DNA of 64,000 bases, taken from contig CAWBHS010000102.1 in the NCBI GenBank assembly GCA_963788655.1, forward strand, positions 32,001-96,000. The letters are read 5' to 3'. This document shows positions 10,428-18,860 of this stretch, one piece after another. Each line of letters opens with the position of its first letter. Within the stretch, counting starts at the first letter, position 1. The notes beneath the pieces were generated by a model. It did not search any database. It had not been told where the DNA came from and saw only the letters and a program-made list of their open reading frames with translations. Both the position numbers and the translations under genes were made by a program. Source of the DNA: an uncultured Verrucomicrobiae bacterium. Lineage in GTDB: Bacteria > Verrucomicrobiota > Verrucomicrobiia > Limisphaerales > JAFGQR01.

Positions 10428-10823
10428 TCAGCAGATCGTCGGCACATGGGGATAGCCACGGATCTTACCGTCGGTCGTCACGAGCGTCAGGCGCTCCAGC
10501 CGTGCGGTTGCGATGAGCAAGCGATCTGCCGGGTCGTGGTGAATGGGCGGTGGCAGGCTGTAAGCCTCGGCCATGATTTCTGCGGTGATGGGCAGACAAG
10601 GCCACTCGGTTCGCTTCAACAAAGCAGCCCACCAGAGGCGCCAGTGTTGTTTAAGCACGATCTTCCGGCGTTCCTGCAAGCAGGCCAGTTCCGCCACGGA
10701 GATCGCCGAGACAACGACCTCCCCCGCCGGTGCTGCGTCAATCAGCGCCAGTGTAGCCGGGGTGAGGTCGGGCGTTTTCTCCGCAGTGAACAGGACAGCG
10801 CAAGTATCGAGGAGAAATGGCAT
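10428..10823 (-). CDS. vapC: PIN-domain (VapC-like) toxin
   Basis: 'FLLDTCA', 'SAISVAEL', 'HHDPADRLLIATA', 'LVTTDGKI'. Confidence 0.92.
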   Translation of the reverse strand: MPFLLDTCAVLFTAEKTPDLTPATLALIDAAPAGEVVVSAISVAELACLQERRKIVLKQHWRLWWAALLKRTEWPCLPITAEIMAEAYSLPPPIHHDPADRLLIATARLERLTLVTTDGKIRGYPHVPTIC

Positions 10824-10830
10824 GGCAGCA

Positions 10831-11079
10831 TCACTTAAGCATCTCCCAGTCTTCCTCGGGAATTGCTGGCCCCGTGAGGTCGCCTTTAATTCGAACCGTG
10901 CCTTTCATGCAACCTACGACGTGGCGCTTGGATTTCCGCGGAGTGGGTTTGCGGATTGGTTCGACGCGGGCCAGCGGCACGTTGCGACGGCAGACGATTA
11001 CCTCTCCCCCCTGTTCCACCAACGCGAGGAACTCAGAAACCCGGTCTTTGAATTCAGCGATGTTAACCGTTCTGCTCAT
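10831..11079 (-). CDS. Phd/YefM family antitoxin
   Basis: 'TVNIAEFKDRVSEFLALVEQGGEVIVCRRNVPLARVEP'; directly upstream of the PIN gene. Confidence 0.9.
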   Translation of the reverse strand: MSRTVNIAEFKDRVSEFLALVEQGGEVIVCRRNVPLARVEPIRKPTPRKSKRHVVGCMKGTVRIKGDLTGPAIPEEDWEMLK

Positions 11080-11115
11080 GGCCAGAAAGATGGCCATGTT
11101 CCAGGCTAAATGCAA
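11077..11115 (-). promoter_or_regulatory. Toxin-antitoxin promoter and operator
   Basis: Minus strand TTGCAT-17 bp-CATCTT-7 bp-ATG. The inverted repeat CATGGCCA-N6-TGGCCATG (11077-11098) overlaps the -10 and the start codon. Confidence 0.65.
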
Positions 11116-11214
11116 GACTTGATTGGAGGGCACTTGGGGCGCGGCCAGCGTTTTCACAGCGGTCTCCTCACATTACGATTGCTTCATCGGCTCGCATACC
11201 ACTAGGTTTCGCGC

Positions 11215-12741
11215 ATGAAAAATCTCCGGTCTATTTTTACCATCGCCACGGTTGCCGCCACGCTATGGTTGAGCAGCAGCCTGGCGCACGCCTTGAATCT
11301 GCCGCGCATTTTCTCCGACAACATGGTACTCCAGCGGGACGCGCCCGTAAAGGTGCGGGGGTGGGCCGATCCTGGACAGAACGTGACCGTTGCTTTTGCG
11401 GGGCAAACCAAAAAGGCCCAGGCCGGCGCGGACGGTAAATGGATGGTCACTCTCGACCCGTTGGCCGCGAATGCCGAAGCCGGCGAGATGGTGGTTGCAG
11501 TGGCGGGGCAAACGATTGCCATCAAGAATATCCTCGTGGGCGAAGTCTGGATTTGTTCCGGGCAATCCAACATGGAGTTCACTCTGGGCGCCACCCACAA
11601 TGCGAAGGAAGTCATCGCTACTGCCAATCTGCCGTTGATCCGGCAGTTCAAAGTGCCGCACGTTACGCAGACCAAGCCGCAGCGAGATCTCCCGGGAGAC
11701 TGGGCCGTGTGCTCGCCGCAAACTGCGCCGAATTTCACGGGAGTAGGCTTCCACTTCGGACTGCAATTGTTCAAAAAACTCAACGTGCCGATCGGGCTCA
11801 TTAATTCGTCCTGGGGCGGCACCCGCATCGAGCCGTGGACCGATCGGGAGGGCTTCAAAGTGTCGCCCAAGTTGAAAGATATTTCCGCTTTCGTGGCCAG
11901 TGCGGACGAGGTCCATCGCCGGAACGTAGCCGCCTGGCTGGACCAGATCGAACCCTGGCTCAAACAGAGCCGTGCCGCACTCGACCACGGCGAAGACATT
12001 CCCGCGTTACCCGGCCAGATGCCGGAGCATCCGCTCAAGAATCCCGGGCGCCCCACGTCCATTTACAACGCCATGATTGCGCCGCTGATCGGTTATGGCA
12101 TCCGTGGCGCTATTTGGTATCAGGGCGAAAGCAATAATGGCGAGGGCAGGTTGTATTTTGAGAAGATGAAAGCGCTGATCGGTTCCTGGCGGCGGCTCTG
12201 GGCGCAGGGAGACTTTCCGTTCCTCTATGTGCAGCTTGCGCCGTATCGGTATAACAATCCCGCGGCCCTCCCGGCCATTTGGGAAGCGCAACTCGCGTCC
12301 TTGTCGATCCCCAACACCGGCATGGCCGTGATCACCGATATTGGCAACGTGTCCGACATTCACCCCCGCAATAAGGAAGAAGTCGGCCGGCGGCTCTCAC
12401 TGTGGGCGCTGGCAAAAACTTACGGTGTGGACGGGCTGGAGTATTCCGGGCCGCTGTACAAATCGATGAAAGTGGAAGGAAACCAAGCCGTGCTGACGTT
12501 CGATCACGCCGAGGGCTTGAAGTCGCTGGATGGGAAGCCGCTCTCCTGGTTTACCGTTGCCGGCGACGACAAAAACTTCGTCGAAGCCAAGTCAGAGATT
12601 GTGGGCAACACCGTCGTGGTGAGCAGCGACGCGGTGAAAAGTCCGGTTGCCGTTCGTTTTGGTTGGAACGAAACCGCTGAGCCGAACTTGGCCAACGGCG
12701 CGGGTCTGCCCGCTTCGCCGTTTCGCACGGACCCGTGGTAA
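11215..12741 (+). CDS. Sialate O-acetylesterase (SASA) family protein
   Basis: Signal peptide, 'FSDNMVLQR', 'GEVWICSGQSNM', 'WYQGESN', 'DIHPRNK', 'PASPFRTD'. Confidence 0.93.
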   Translation: MKNLRSIFTIATVAATLWLSSSLAHALNLPRIFSDNMVLQRDAPVKVRGWADPGQNVTVAFAGQTKKAQAGADGKWMVTLDPLAANAEAGEMVVAVAGQTIAIKNILVGEVWICSGQSNMEFTLGATHNAKEVIATANLPLIRQFKVPHVTQTKPQRDLPGDWAVCSPQTAPNFTGVGFHFGLQLFKKLNVPIGLINSSWGGTRIEPWTDREGFKVSPKLKDISAFVASADEVHRRNVAAWLDQIEPWLKQSRAALDHGEDIPALPGQMPEHPLKNPGRPTSIYNAMIAPLIGYGIRGAIWYQGESNNGEGRLYFEKMKALIGSWRRLWAQGDFPFLYVQLAPYRYNNPAALPAIWEAQLASLSIPNTGMAVITDIGNVSDIHPRNKEEVGRRLSLWALAKTYGVDGLEYSGPLYKSMKVEGNQAVLTFDHAEGLKSLDGKPLSWFTVAGDDKNFVEAKSEIVGNTVVVSSDAVKSPVAVRFGWNETAEPNLANGAGLPASPFRTDPW

Positions 12742-12769
12742 GCGAAAGGACTACGCGAACCGTGCTCAC

Positions 12770-14365
12770 TTGGGTTGCCTGTTGAACCGGGGTCGCAGAA
12801 TATTCCGCAGGCCGACCGTTCTGGGCTTTGGCCTTGGTCTGGTTGCGGCCACTTTAGCCAACGCTCAAACGACCTGGCCGTTGCATGCTACCGGACAGGA
12901 CAGCCGGATTGACCTCACGTGGACTGCCGCCAAACTCGACGATGCGGATGGCTTCCAAATTTATCGCTCGGCGCAGTCCAACGGCCCATTTTCGCTGCTC
13001 ACCACGAAGCCGCACCATCCCACTGTGTTCAGCGACTTCCTCGGTAAAAACAACCAGACGTTTCATTATCGGATAGTGGCGTTGCGCCGGGGAGCCCCCA
13101 CCAGCACCTCAGCCGTAGCCACTGCCACGTCGCGGGCCATGACCGACGAGGAACTGGTCGAATCAGTGCAGCGCGCCACGTTCCGCTATTTCTGGGATTA
13201 CGGCCATCCAATCAGCGGTTTAGCCCGCGAACGCAAAGGCAGCCGCGACACTTGCACCAGCGGGGGAACCGGCTTTGGCTTGATGGCCATTGTGGTGGGT
13301 GCCGAACGCGTCTGGATCCAGCGTGATGATGCCGCGTTGCGTTTGCTCAAGATGGTGCGTTTTCTCGAAGACAAGGCGACCCGCTATCACGGCGCTTGGT
13401 CGCATTGGTTGAATGGGCGCACCGGGCGAATCATTCCGTTCTCGAAATACGACGATGGGGCGGACTTGGTGGAAACGTCCTATCTCGTCCAGGGCCTGCT
13501 CACTGTCCGCCAATACTTCAATCGCGAGAACGCCGTGGAACGGGATCTGCGCGAGCGTTGCACCCGCCTATGGCGCGAAGTGGAGTGGGACTGGTTTTTG
13601 CGGGAACCGAACAACCGTCGTCTGTTTTGGCATTGGTCGCCGAATTTTGGTTGGCAGATGAACCATCCGATTGGCGGCCATTTCAATGAGTGCATGATTA
13701 CCTACCTCCTGGCCATCGCCTCTCCGACGCATCCCATCCCGCCGGAATGCTATTACCAGGGTTGGACCGGCGATCCACCCACCGGTTACGTGAATGGCCG
13801 GACCTATTACGGTTTCAAACAATGGGTCGGCTGGCCGATGGGGGGGCCGCTGTTCTTCACGCACTATTCCTTTTTAGGATTTGATCCGCGTCACTGGCGT
13901 GACCGTTACTGCAATTACTTCGAGAACAACCGGAACATCTGCCGCATCCAACGGGCCTATTGCGCCGACAATCCGAAGCAACATCGCGGTTACAGCGAAC
14001 TAACGTGGGGCCTGACCGCCAGCGACACGCCCGGCGGCTACCTGGCCCACGAACCGCGTCGTGACACCGGCACCATCACCCCTACCGCGGCGCTTTCCGC
14101 CATGCCGTATGTGCCGCAGGAGTCCCTCGCCACGCTCAAATACTTCTACCACCAAGATGGCCGCCAGTTGTGGGGTGAGTTCGGATTCAAAGATGCCTTC
14201 AATCTCGACAAGGATTGGTTCGCCGACAGTTACCTGGCCATTGACCAAGGTCCGACCATTATCATGATCGAGAACCATCGCACCGGCCTCTGCTGGCGTC
14301 TCTTCATGGCCAACGAGGAAATCCCACGTGCCCTCAAGGCCGTTGGATGGATTAAGGAGCCGTGA
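12770..14365 (+). CDS. Glucoamylase-like/GH144 beta-1,2-glucanase family protein with an N-terminal FN3-like domain
   Basis: 'YFWDYGHPISGLARER', 'SGGTGFG', 'DLVETSY', 'GGPLFFTHYSFLG', 'LAIDQGP'. The start codon is uncertain. Confidence 0.85.
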   Translation: MGCLLNRGRRIFRRPTVLGFGLGLVAATLANAQTTWPLHATGQDSRIDLTWTAAKLDDADGFQIYRSAQSNGPFSLLTTKPHHPTVFSDFLGKNNQTFHYRIVALRRGAPTSTSAVATATSRAMTDEELVESVQRATFRYFWDYGHPISGLARERKGSRDTCTSGGTGFGLMAIVVGAERVWIQRDDAALRLLKMVRFLEDKATRYHGAWSHWLNGRTGRIIPFSKYDDGADLVETSYLVQGLLTVRQYFNRENAVERDLRERCTRLWREVEWDWFLREPNNRRLFWHWSPNFGWQMNHPIGGHFNECMITYLLAIASPTHPIPPECYYQGWTGDPPTGYVNGRTYYGFKQWVGWPMGGPLFFTHYSFLGFDPRHWRDRYCNYFENNRNICRIQRAYCADNPKQHRGYSELTWGLTASDTPGGYLAHEPRRDTGTITPTAALSAMPYVPQESLATLKYFYHQDGRQLWGEFGFKDAFNLDKDWFADSYLAIDQGPTIIMIENHRTGLCWRLFMANEEIPRALKAVGWIKEP

Positions 14366-14380
14366 ACACGAACCGGAAGC

Positions 14381-15160
14381 CTACTCGACGACCACCGTGG
14401 CATCTTCGACCAAGACCGGATATTGGTAGTTGTAGCCGAAATCCTTGTCGGTGGCGAGTTTGCCGGTTACCAGCACAGTGTCGCCGACCTTCGCTTGCCC
14501 CGAGGTTGTGACCGTAAGATCGTTGGTTCCTGCCGCGCCAGTGCCGTCCTCGAGGTGAAGCCAGTTCTTCCCCATGATATTGGCGTTGAACTTGACCACC
14601 TTGCCGCGCACCTTGATCTCCTTGCCTTTGAGGTCAGCCTTGGCGGCGAAAATTTCCGCCACTGTATTGCCGCCTTCTGCTTTCTTGAGGCCGGAAAAGT
14701 CCAGCGTGGCTTGACTGGCAGCGCCGGTGATTGGCGGATGTCCCTTGGGCAATTGGGCGGGCATCGCACTCGCAGCCGGCTCGCCGTGGCCCACCGTCAC
14801 GCGATCAACAAAGTAAACCACGTCGAAATCACGGTTCAGTGTGCTGCTGTGGAACTTTTCCATGGGCATTCCCGGTGGAACCGTTACGGCATCGCCCACC
14901 TTGACTTTAAACTGTGGAGCCGCCGCCCAGATGCTTTGCTTGCCAGTGTCCACGTTGACATAGGTGTAACCCCCGGAATTCATCGTCTCGACCACTTTGC
15001 CGGCGTAAATCGTTCCCGAGGTGGCCGAGGTGGCGGGTGCGGGATTGGTGGCAGCGGGCGTGGCATCGGCCCGAGGTGTGGAAGCGGTTTCGCGGCTGCA
15101 CCCGACCAAGCTAAGGGCCAGAATCAGGCAACCGGTTGGTATCACAATATGCTTGTTCAT
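14381..15160 (-). CDS. Lipoprotein with two OB-fold-like domains (NrfJ-like)
   Basis: Lipobox LVGC; 'GKVVETMNSGGYTY', 'LPKGHP', 'IMGKNWLHLEDGTG', 'DFGYNYQY'. Confidence 0.75.
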   Translation of the reverse strand: MNKHIVIPTGCLILALSLVGCSRETASTPRADATPAATNPAPATSATSGTIYAGKVVETMNSGGYTYVNVDTGKQSIWAAAPQFKVKVGDAVTVPPGMPMEKFHSSTLNRDFDVVYFVDRVTVGHGEPAASAMPAQLPKGHPPITGAASQATLDFSGLKKAEGGNTVAEIFAAKADLKGKEIKVRGKVVKFNANIMGKNWLHLEDGTGAAGTNDLTVTTSGQAKVGDTVLVTGKLATDKDFGYNYQYPVLVEDATVVVE

Positions 15161-15437
15161 TCGTAATTTATTTGCGTCTCTGCGCACGAATCAAGTCACA
15201 GGGAATCGGCCTGCGGCTCGCGCGCGAAAGCTTAACCTAGCAAACCCCAATGGTGTCTCAAGTCGCATTTCAGCAAAAGATTTACCAAGTTGGAGATGGA
15301 CCAGGGAGTGCCAGCCAACCTGGGTTCCCACCGGCAAATCGCTCGACTGGCGATTGGTATTGCTCGTGGCCTTTAAAACTTGCACCGCCGCGCGCGAATC
15401 GCCGTTCCTGAGCGCACGATCCTGTCTATTCGATCCC

Positions 15438-16445
15438 TTAGTCCTTCACATATCCCTTGGCGTGAAACCAATCCACCGCGTCGGCAAAGGCCTGTCGGGG
15501 CGCCGTCTGCGGCAACCCCAATTCCCGGATGGCTTTGGCCGGATTGAAATACATTTTATAGCGCGCCATGCGCACCCCGGCTAAAGGCGCTTTCGGTGGG
15601 CGACCGGTGAACCTGGCGATGAACTCATCCACGTATGCCGCGGTCAGCGCCACGTGATAGGGCATTTGCATGCGGGGCGCCGGCAGACCAGTGATTTCCG
15701 CCAACGTATCGAAGGCTTGTTTCATGGTCCAATTGCCGTCGGCGTGGCCGAGGATATACCGTTCGCCGACGCGACCCTTTTCGGCCGCCAGGATATGGCC
15801 TTGCGCGACATCTCGCACGTGAACCCAGTTCAACCCCGTGTCCAGGTAGGCCGGCATTTGGCGGTTTAAGAAATCCACGATCACTTTGCCCGTCGGGGTC
15901 GGTTTGACGTCCCGCGGACCAATGGGCGCGCTGGGATTCACGATGACCACGGGGGCGCCCCCGGCGACGAGTTCGCGCGCTACCCATTCGGCTTTCCACT
16001 TGGACAATTTGTAGTGGTTGCTCATTTGCGCTTCACTGACCGGTGCCTGTTCGTCAGTGGGGGCGGCCGGTCCATTCCCCGACTTCGGCAATCCGATGCA
16101 ACCCACCGTGCTGGTATAGACAATGCGCGAACACCCCGCTGCCTTCGCCGCCTCAATCACGTTCCGCGTCCCCTCGACATTGGCGGCATACATCGGGGCG
16201 TAATCCTTCAGCCAGAGATGGTAGCTGGCCGCGACGTGAAAGCACCAATCGCACCCGCGCATCGCCGTTTCCAGCTCGGAACGATCCGCCAGATCGCCGG
16301 ACACACGCTCGCAGTCTGCGCCCTGCAGTCCGCGCACGTCGCTGTGGGCGCGCAGCAGGGCCTTCACCTGATGACCTTGCGCGCACAATTCCTGAACCAA
16401 GTTGGCGCCAATGAATCCCGAAGCGCCGGTAACAAAGCATTTCAT
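15438..16445 (-). CDS. hpnA: Hopanoid-associated NAD-dependent epimerase/reductase (HpnA-like)
   Basis: 'VTGASGFIG', 'HVAASY', YKLSK, 'GPRDVKPTPTG', 'MPAYLDTGLN'. Confidence 0.82.
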   Translation of the reverse strand: MKCFVTGASGFIGANLVQELCAQGHQVKALLRAHSDVRGLQGADCERVSGDLADRSELETAMRGCDWCFHVAASYHLWLKDYAPMYAANVEGTRNVIEAAKAAGCSRIVYTSTVGCIGLPKSGNGPAAPTDEQAPVSEAQMSNHYKLSKWKAEWVARELVAGGAPVVIVNPSAPIGPRDVKPTPTGKVIVDFLNRQMPAYLDTGLNWVHVRDVAQGHILAAEKGRVGERYILGHADGNWTMKQAFDTLAEITGLPAPRMQMPYHVALTAAYVDEFIARFTGRPPKAPLAGVRMARYKMYFNPAKAIRELGLPQTAPRQAFADAVDWFHAKGYVKD

Positions 16446-16618
16446 AACTTGAACCCGTTGCTGCGGCTTAAGATACGGACCTTTCCAACCGATGGAAATC
16501 CTGGAACTCGACGAAAATTAAGTGCAGGCGAGTTCTGCTGCCCAAGTCGGCAAAACATCCAACCGGCTGGGGGCAATTGACCGGGCCGCGGGGCGGCTTC
16601 GTTTGAGTGAAGTGGGTA

Positions 16619-17035
16619 ATGGCTATGCTGAACAAAATCTGTTCACGGAGGAAATTGACGCGGCGGGAACTGCGGAATTTGAACATCGAAATCGGCTTCT
16701 TCGAGGGGCTGGTTCGCCGTGATCCCACCTATTGCGAAGCTTTACAGGTGCTGGGAGTTGACTATTCGCGACGCGGTGATTTTTCCAAAGCGGTGCATAT
16801 TCACGAACAACTGGCGGACCAGCTTCCCACCGATCCCATCGTGCTTTACAACTTGGCTTGCTGTTATTCCCAGACCCGACAACTCCGCCGCGCCGCTGAT
16901 GCACTCGACCGTGCCATCGCCCTTGGCTACAAGAATTTCCGCACGCTTGCCAAAGATCCGGACCTGGCCAATCTGCGCAAGCACGCCGTGTTCAAACGCG
17001 TGCGCGCCCGCATCGTCGCCGTCACAGGAAAATAG
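16619..17035 (+). CDS. TPR-containing protein
   Basis: 'DPIVLYNLACCYS...ALDRAIALGY...DPDLANLR' TPR-end motif. Confidence 0.8.
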   Translation: MAMLNKICSRRKLTRRELRNLNIEIGFFEGLVRRDPTYCEALQVLGVDYSRRGDFSKAVHIHEQLADQLPTDPIVLYNLACCYSQTRQLRRAADALDRAIALGYKNFRTLAKDPDLANLRKHAVFKRVRARIVAVTGK

Positions 17036-17232
17036 GACCAGGGGTCAGTCCCGATAATCAACAATTTGGGGTGGTGGTTTACCTTTCGTCGATGATCAGC
17101 TCTTGGATTGTGAAATACGAGTGTTAGAGCCCTCTGGTAAGTTTTTGGTTTGTTGATTACCGGGGCTGCCCCCATGGTGACTGATGGAGTTTGCGGTTGC
17201 GTTGTGCGCCCTTCAAAATTTAACTGCCAGCG

Positions 17233-17535
17233 ATGGCTGACAGTCTTGAAATCCCAGGGGAACCGGATGGGCCGGTTGAGCTGCCGATTGACGGCATGCT
17301 CGATTTGCACACGTTCCGGCCCCGAGATGTGAAAGAAGTAGTTACCGCTTATCTCGACGAATGCCGGAAGCGGGGTATTATCAAGGTCCGCATCGTCCAC
17401 GGCAAAGGTATCGGTAATCTGAGGCGCACGGTACATGCGCTCCTCGAACGCCGGCCGGACGTGGAATCGTTCGCGCTGGCCAGTGAAGGCTTCGGCGGCT
17501 GGGGCGCGACCATCGTTCGATTGCGTCCCTCGTAA
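17233..17535 (+). CDS. Smr/MutS2 domain protein
   Basis: 'LDLHTF', 'VRIVHGKGIG', 'GGWGATIV'. Confidence 0.9.
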   Translation: MADSLEIPGEPDGPVELPIDGMLDLHTFRPRDVKEVVTAYLDECRKRGIIKVRIVHGKGIGNLRRTVHALLERRPDVESFALASEGFGGWGATIVRLRPS

Positions 17536-17548
17536 TCCACCTCGGCGG

Positions 17549-18320
17549 ATGAAAGCAAAAGCAAATAAACGTTCCGTCCCATCCGCCTCGCCGCGAGGCC
17601 TGTTCGACCAAATGGCCGAACCCTTGGTCAAACCGGCAGCGGTTCAATCCGAAGAAAACTTGGCATCCGAGGGGCGCTACACCGAAGCGATCCGATATTT
17701 GTCGCGGGTGGACAAAGTTCTGGCGCGGCTGATCAAGCGGGTTGGGCCTTGTACCTTGGAAATCGAGAAACAAGTTAAACCTTACGAAGCGTTGGTCGAA
17801 GCGATCGTTTATCAGCAACTCCATGCCAAAGCCGCCGCGGCGATTCTGGGGCGCGTCAAACAGCTTTTTTCCACACGACGGTTTCCGCGTCCGGACGATT
17901 TTCTCGGAGTTCCTGAGGACCATTTGCGCGCGGCCGGTCTGTCGCGCGGCAAGATCGCGGCCATTGTGGATCTGTCGGCCAAAGTGCTTGCCGGAGTGGT
18001 ACCGACCGCCCGCGCCATTCGTCGCATGAGTGACGAAGAAATCATTCAACGGTTGGTCGCCGTACGCGGGATTGGGCGATGGACGGTCGAAATGCTATTG
18101 CTGTTCAGCCTGGGGCGTCCCGATGTTTTGCCTGGCACGGATTACGGGGTGCGTCAGGGATTTGCCATCACCTACAATCAGCCGGAATTGCCTTCTCCCG
18201 GAGACCTCATCAAACATGGCGAACGTTGGAAACCGCACCGATCGGTGGCCGCCTGGGTACTTATGGCGGGCGGTGGAATTGGCTCGGCGGCAACCTCCAT
18301 TGCCAAAAGGAAAGGCATGA
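17549..18320 (+). CDS. alkA: DNA-3-methyladenine glycosylase II (HhH-GPD), with an apparent 1-base insertion near 18256
   Basis: 'IVYQQL', 'VRGIGRWTVEM', 'WKPHRSVAAW'. The expected 'YLWRA' continues in another frame after TGGG. Confidence 0.85.
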
Positions 18321-18404
18321 ATTCAGAGAATTTCCCAGATTTCATCAAGATTTCTCTATTTTGTGGTAGGAATTCAGATGGTTTTTCGGCTATTCTCCCT
18401 TCCT

Positions 18405-18647
18405 ATGGCCAGAATCTACCCTATAAACAGGCCGACAAGTTCCGAACCACCGGCTCCGGAGCACGCCACCGTGGGGGAAGTGGAAAAAATGTTTGGCATC
18501 AGCCGTCGTATTTGTAATCAAAAAATTCGGGACGGCACCTTCCAAAGCATCGTATTCAGTGAAGCAGGTTCGCGTAAAAACGTGCGCTTGATCTATTTGG
18601 ACTCCGTTCGGCGTTATCTTCGCCGCCAACAATCCGCTAACCGGTAA
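18405..18647 (+). CDS. Small excisionase/HTH-like DNA-binding protein
   Basis: 80 aa and basic; 'KMFGISRRICNQKIRDGTFQSI...RLIYLDSVRRYL' fits a winged-helix/Xis-like pattern. Confidence 0.55.
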   Translation: MARIYPINRPTSSEPPAPEHATVGEVEKMFGISRRICNQKIRDGTFQSIVFSEAGSRKNVRLIYLDSVRRYLRRQQSANR

Positions 18648-18748
18648 CTCCCGATTTTTTCTGAATTATCTTCGGTCTAAGCTGTCTGATAAACTGGATA
18701 TGTAGTTAGAATAAGGTTATTTGCGCGCAACTCCTTTCCGGGCTCCTC

Positions 18749-18796
18749 ACCCAATTAGTTGTGTCGTTGTGAATAACTTACCCCTAAATGTTGTGG
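18749..18796 (+). promoter_or_regulatory. Tandem NrdR-box-like sites upstream of smc
   Basis: ACCCAATTAGTTGTGT (18749) and CCCCTAAATGTTGTGG (18781), 32 bp apart; both resemble acaCwAtATaTwGtg. Confidence 0.4.
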
Positions 18797-18860
18797 TTTG
18801 GACTTTACTTTAGGGCGTAGGTGCGGTTGTATTCAGCCGGTTTGGTTTATTGAATTAGAC

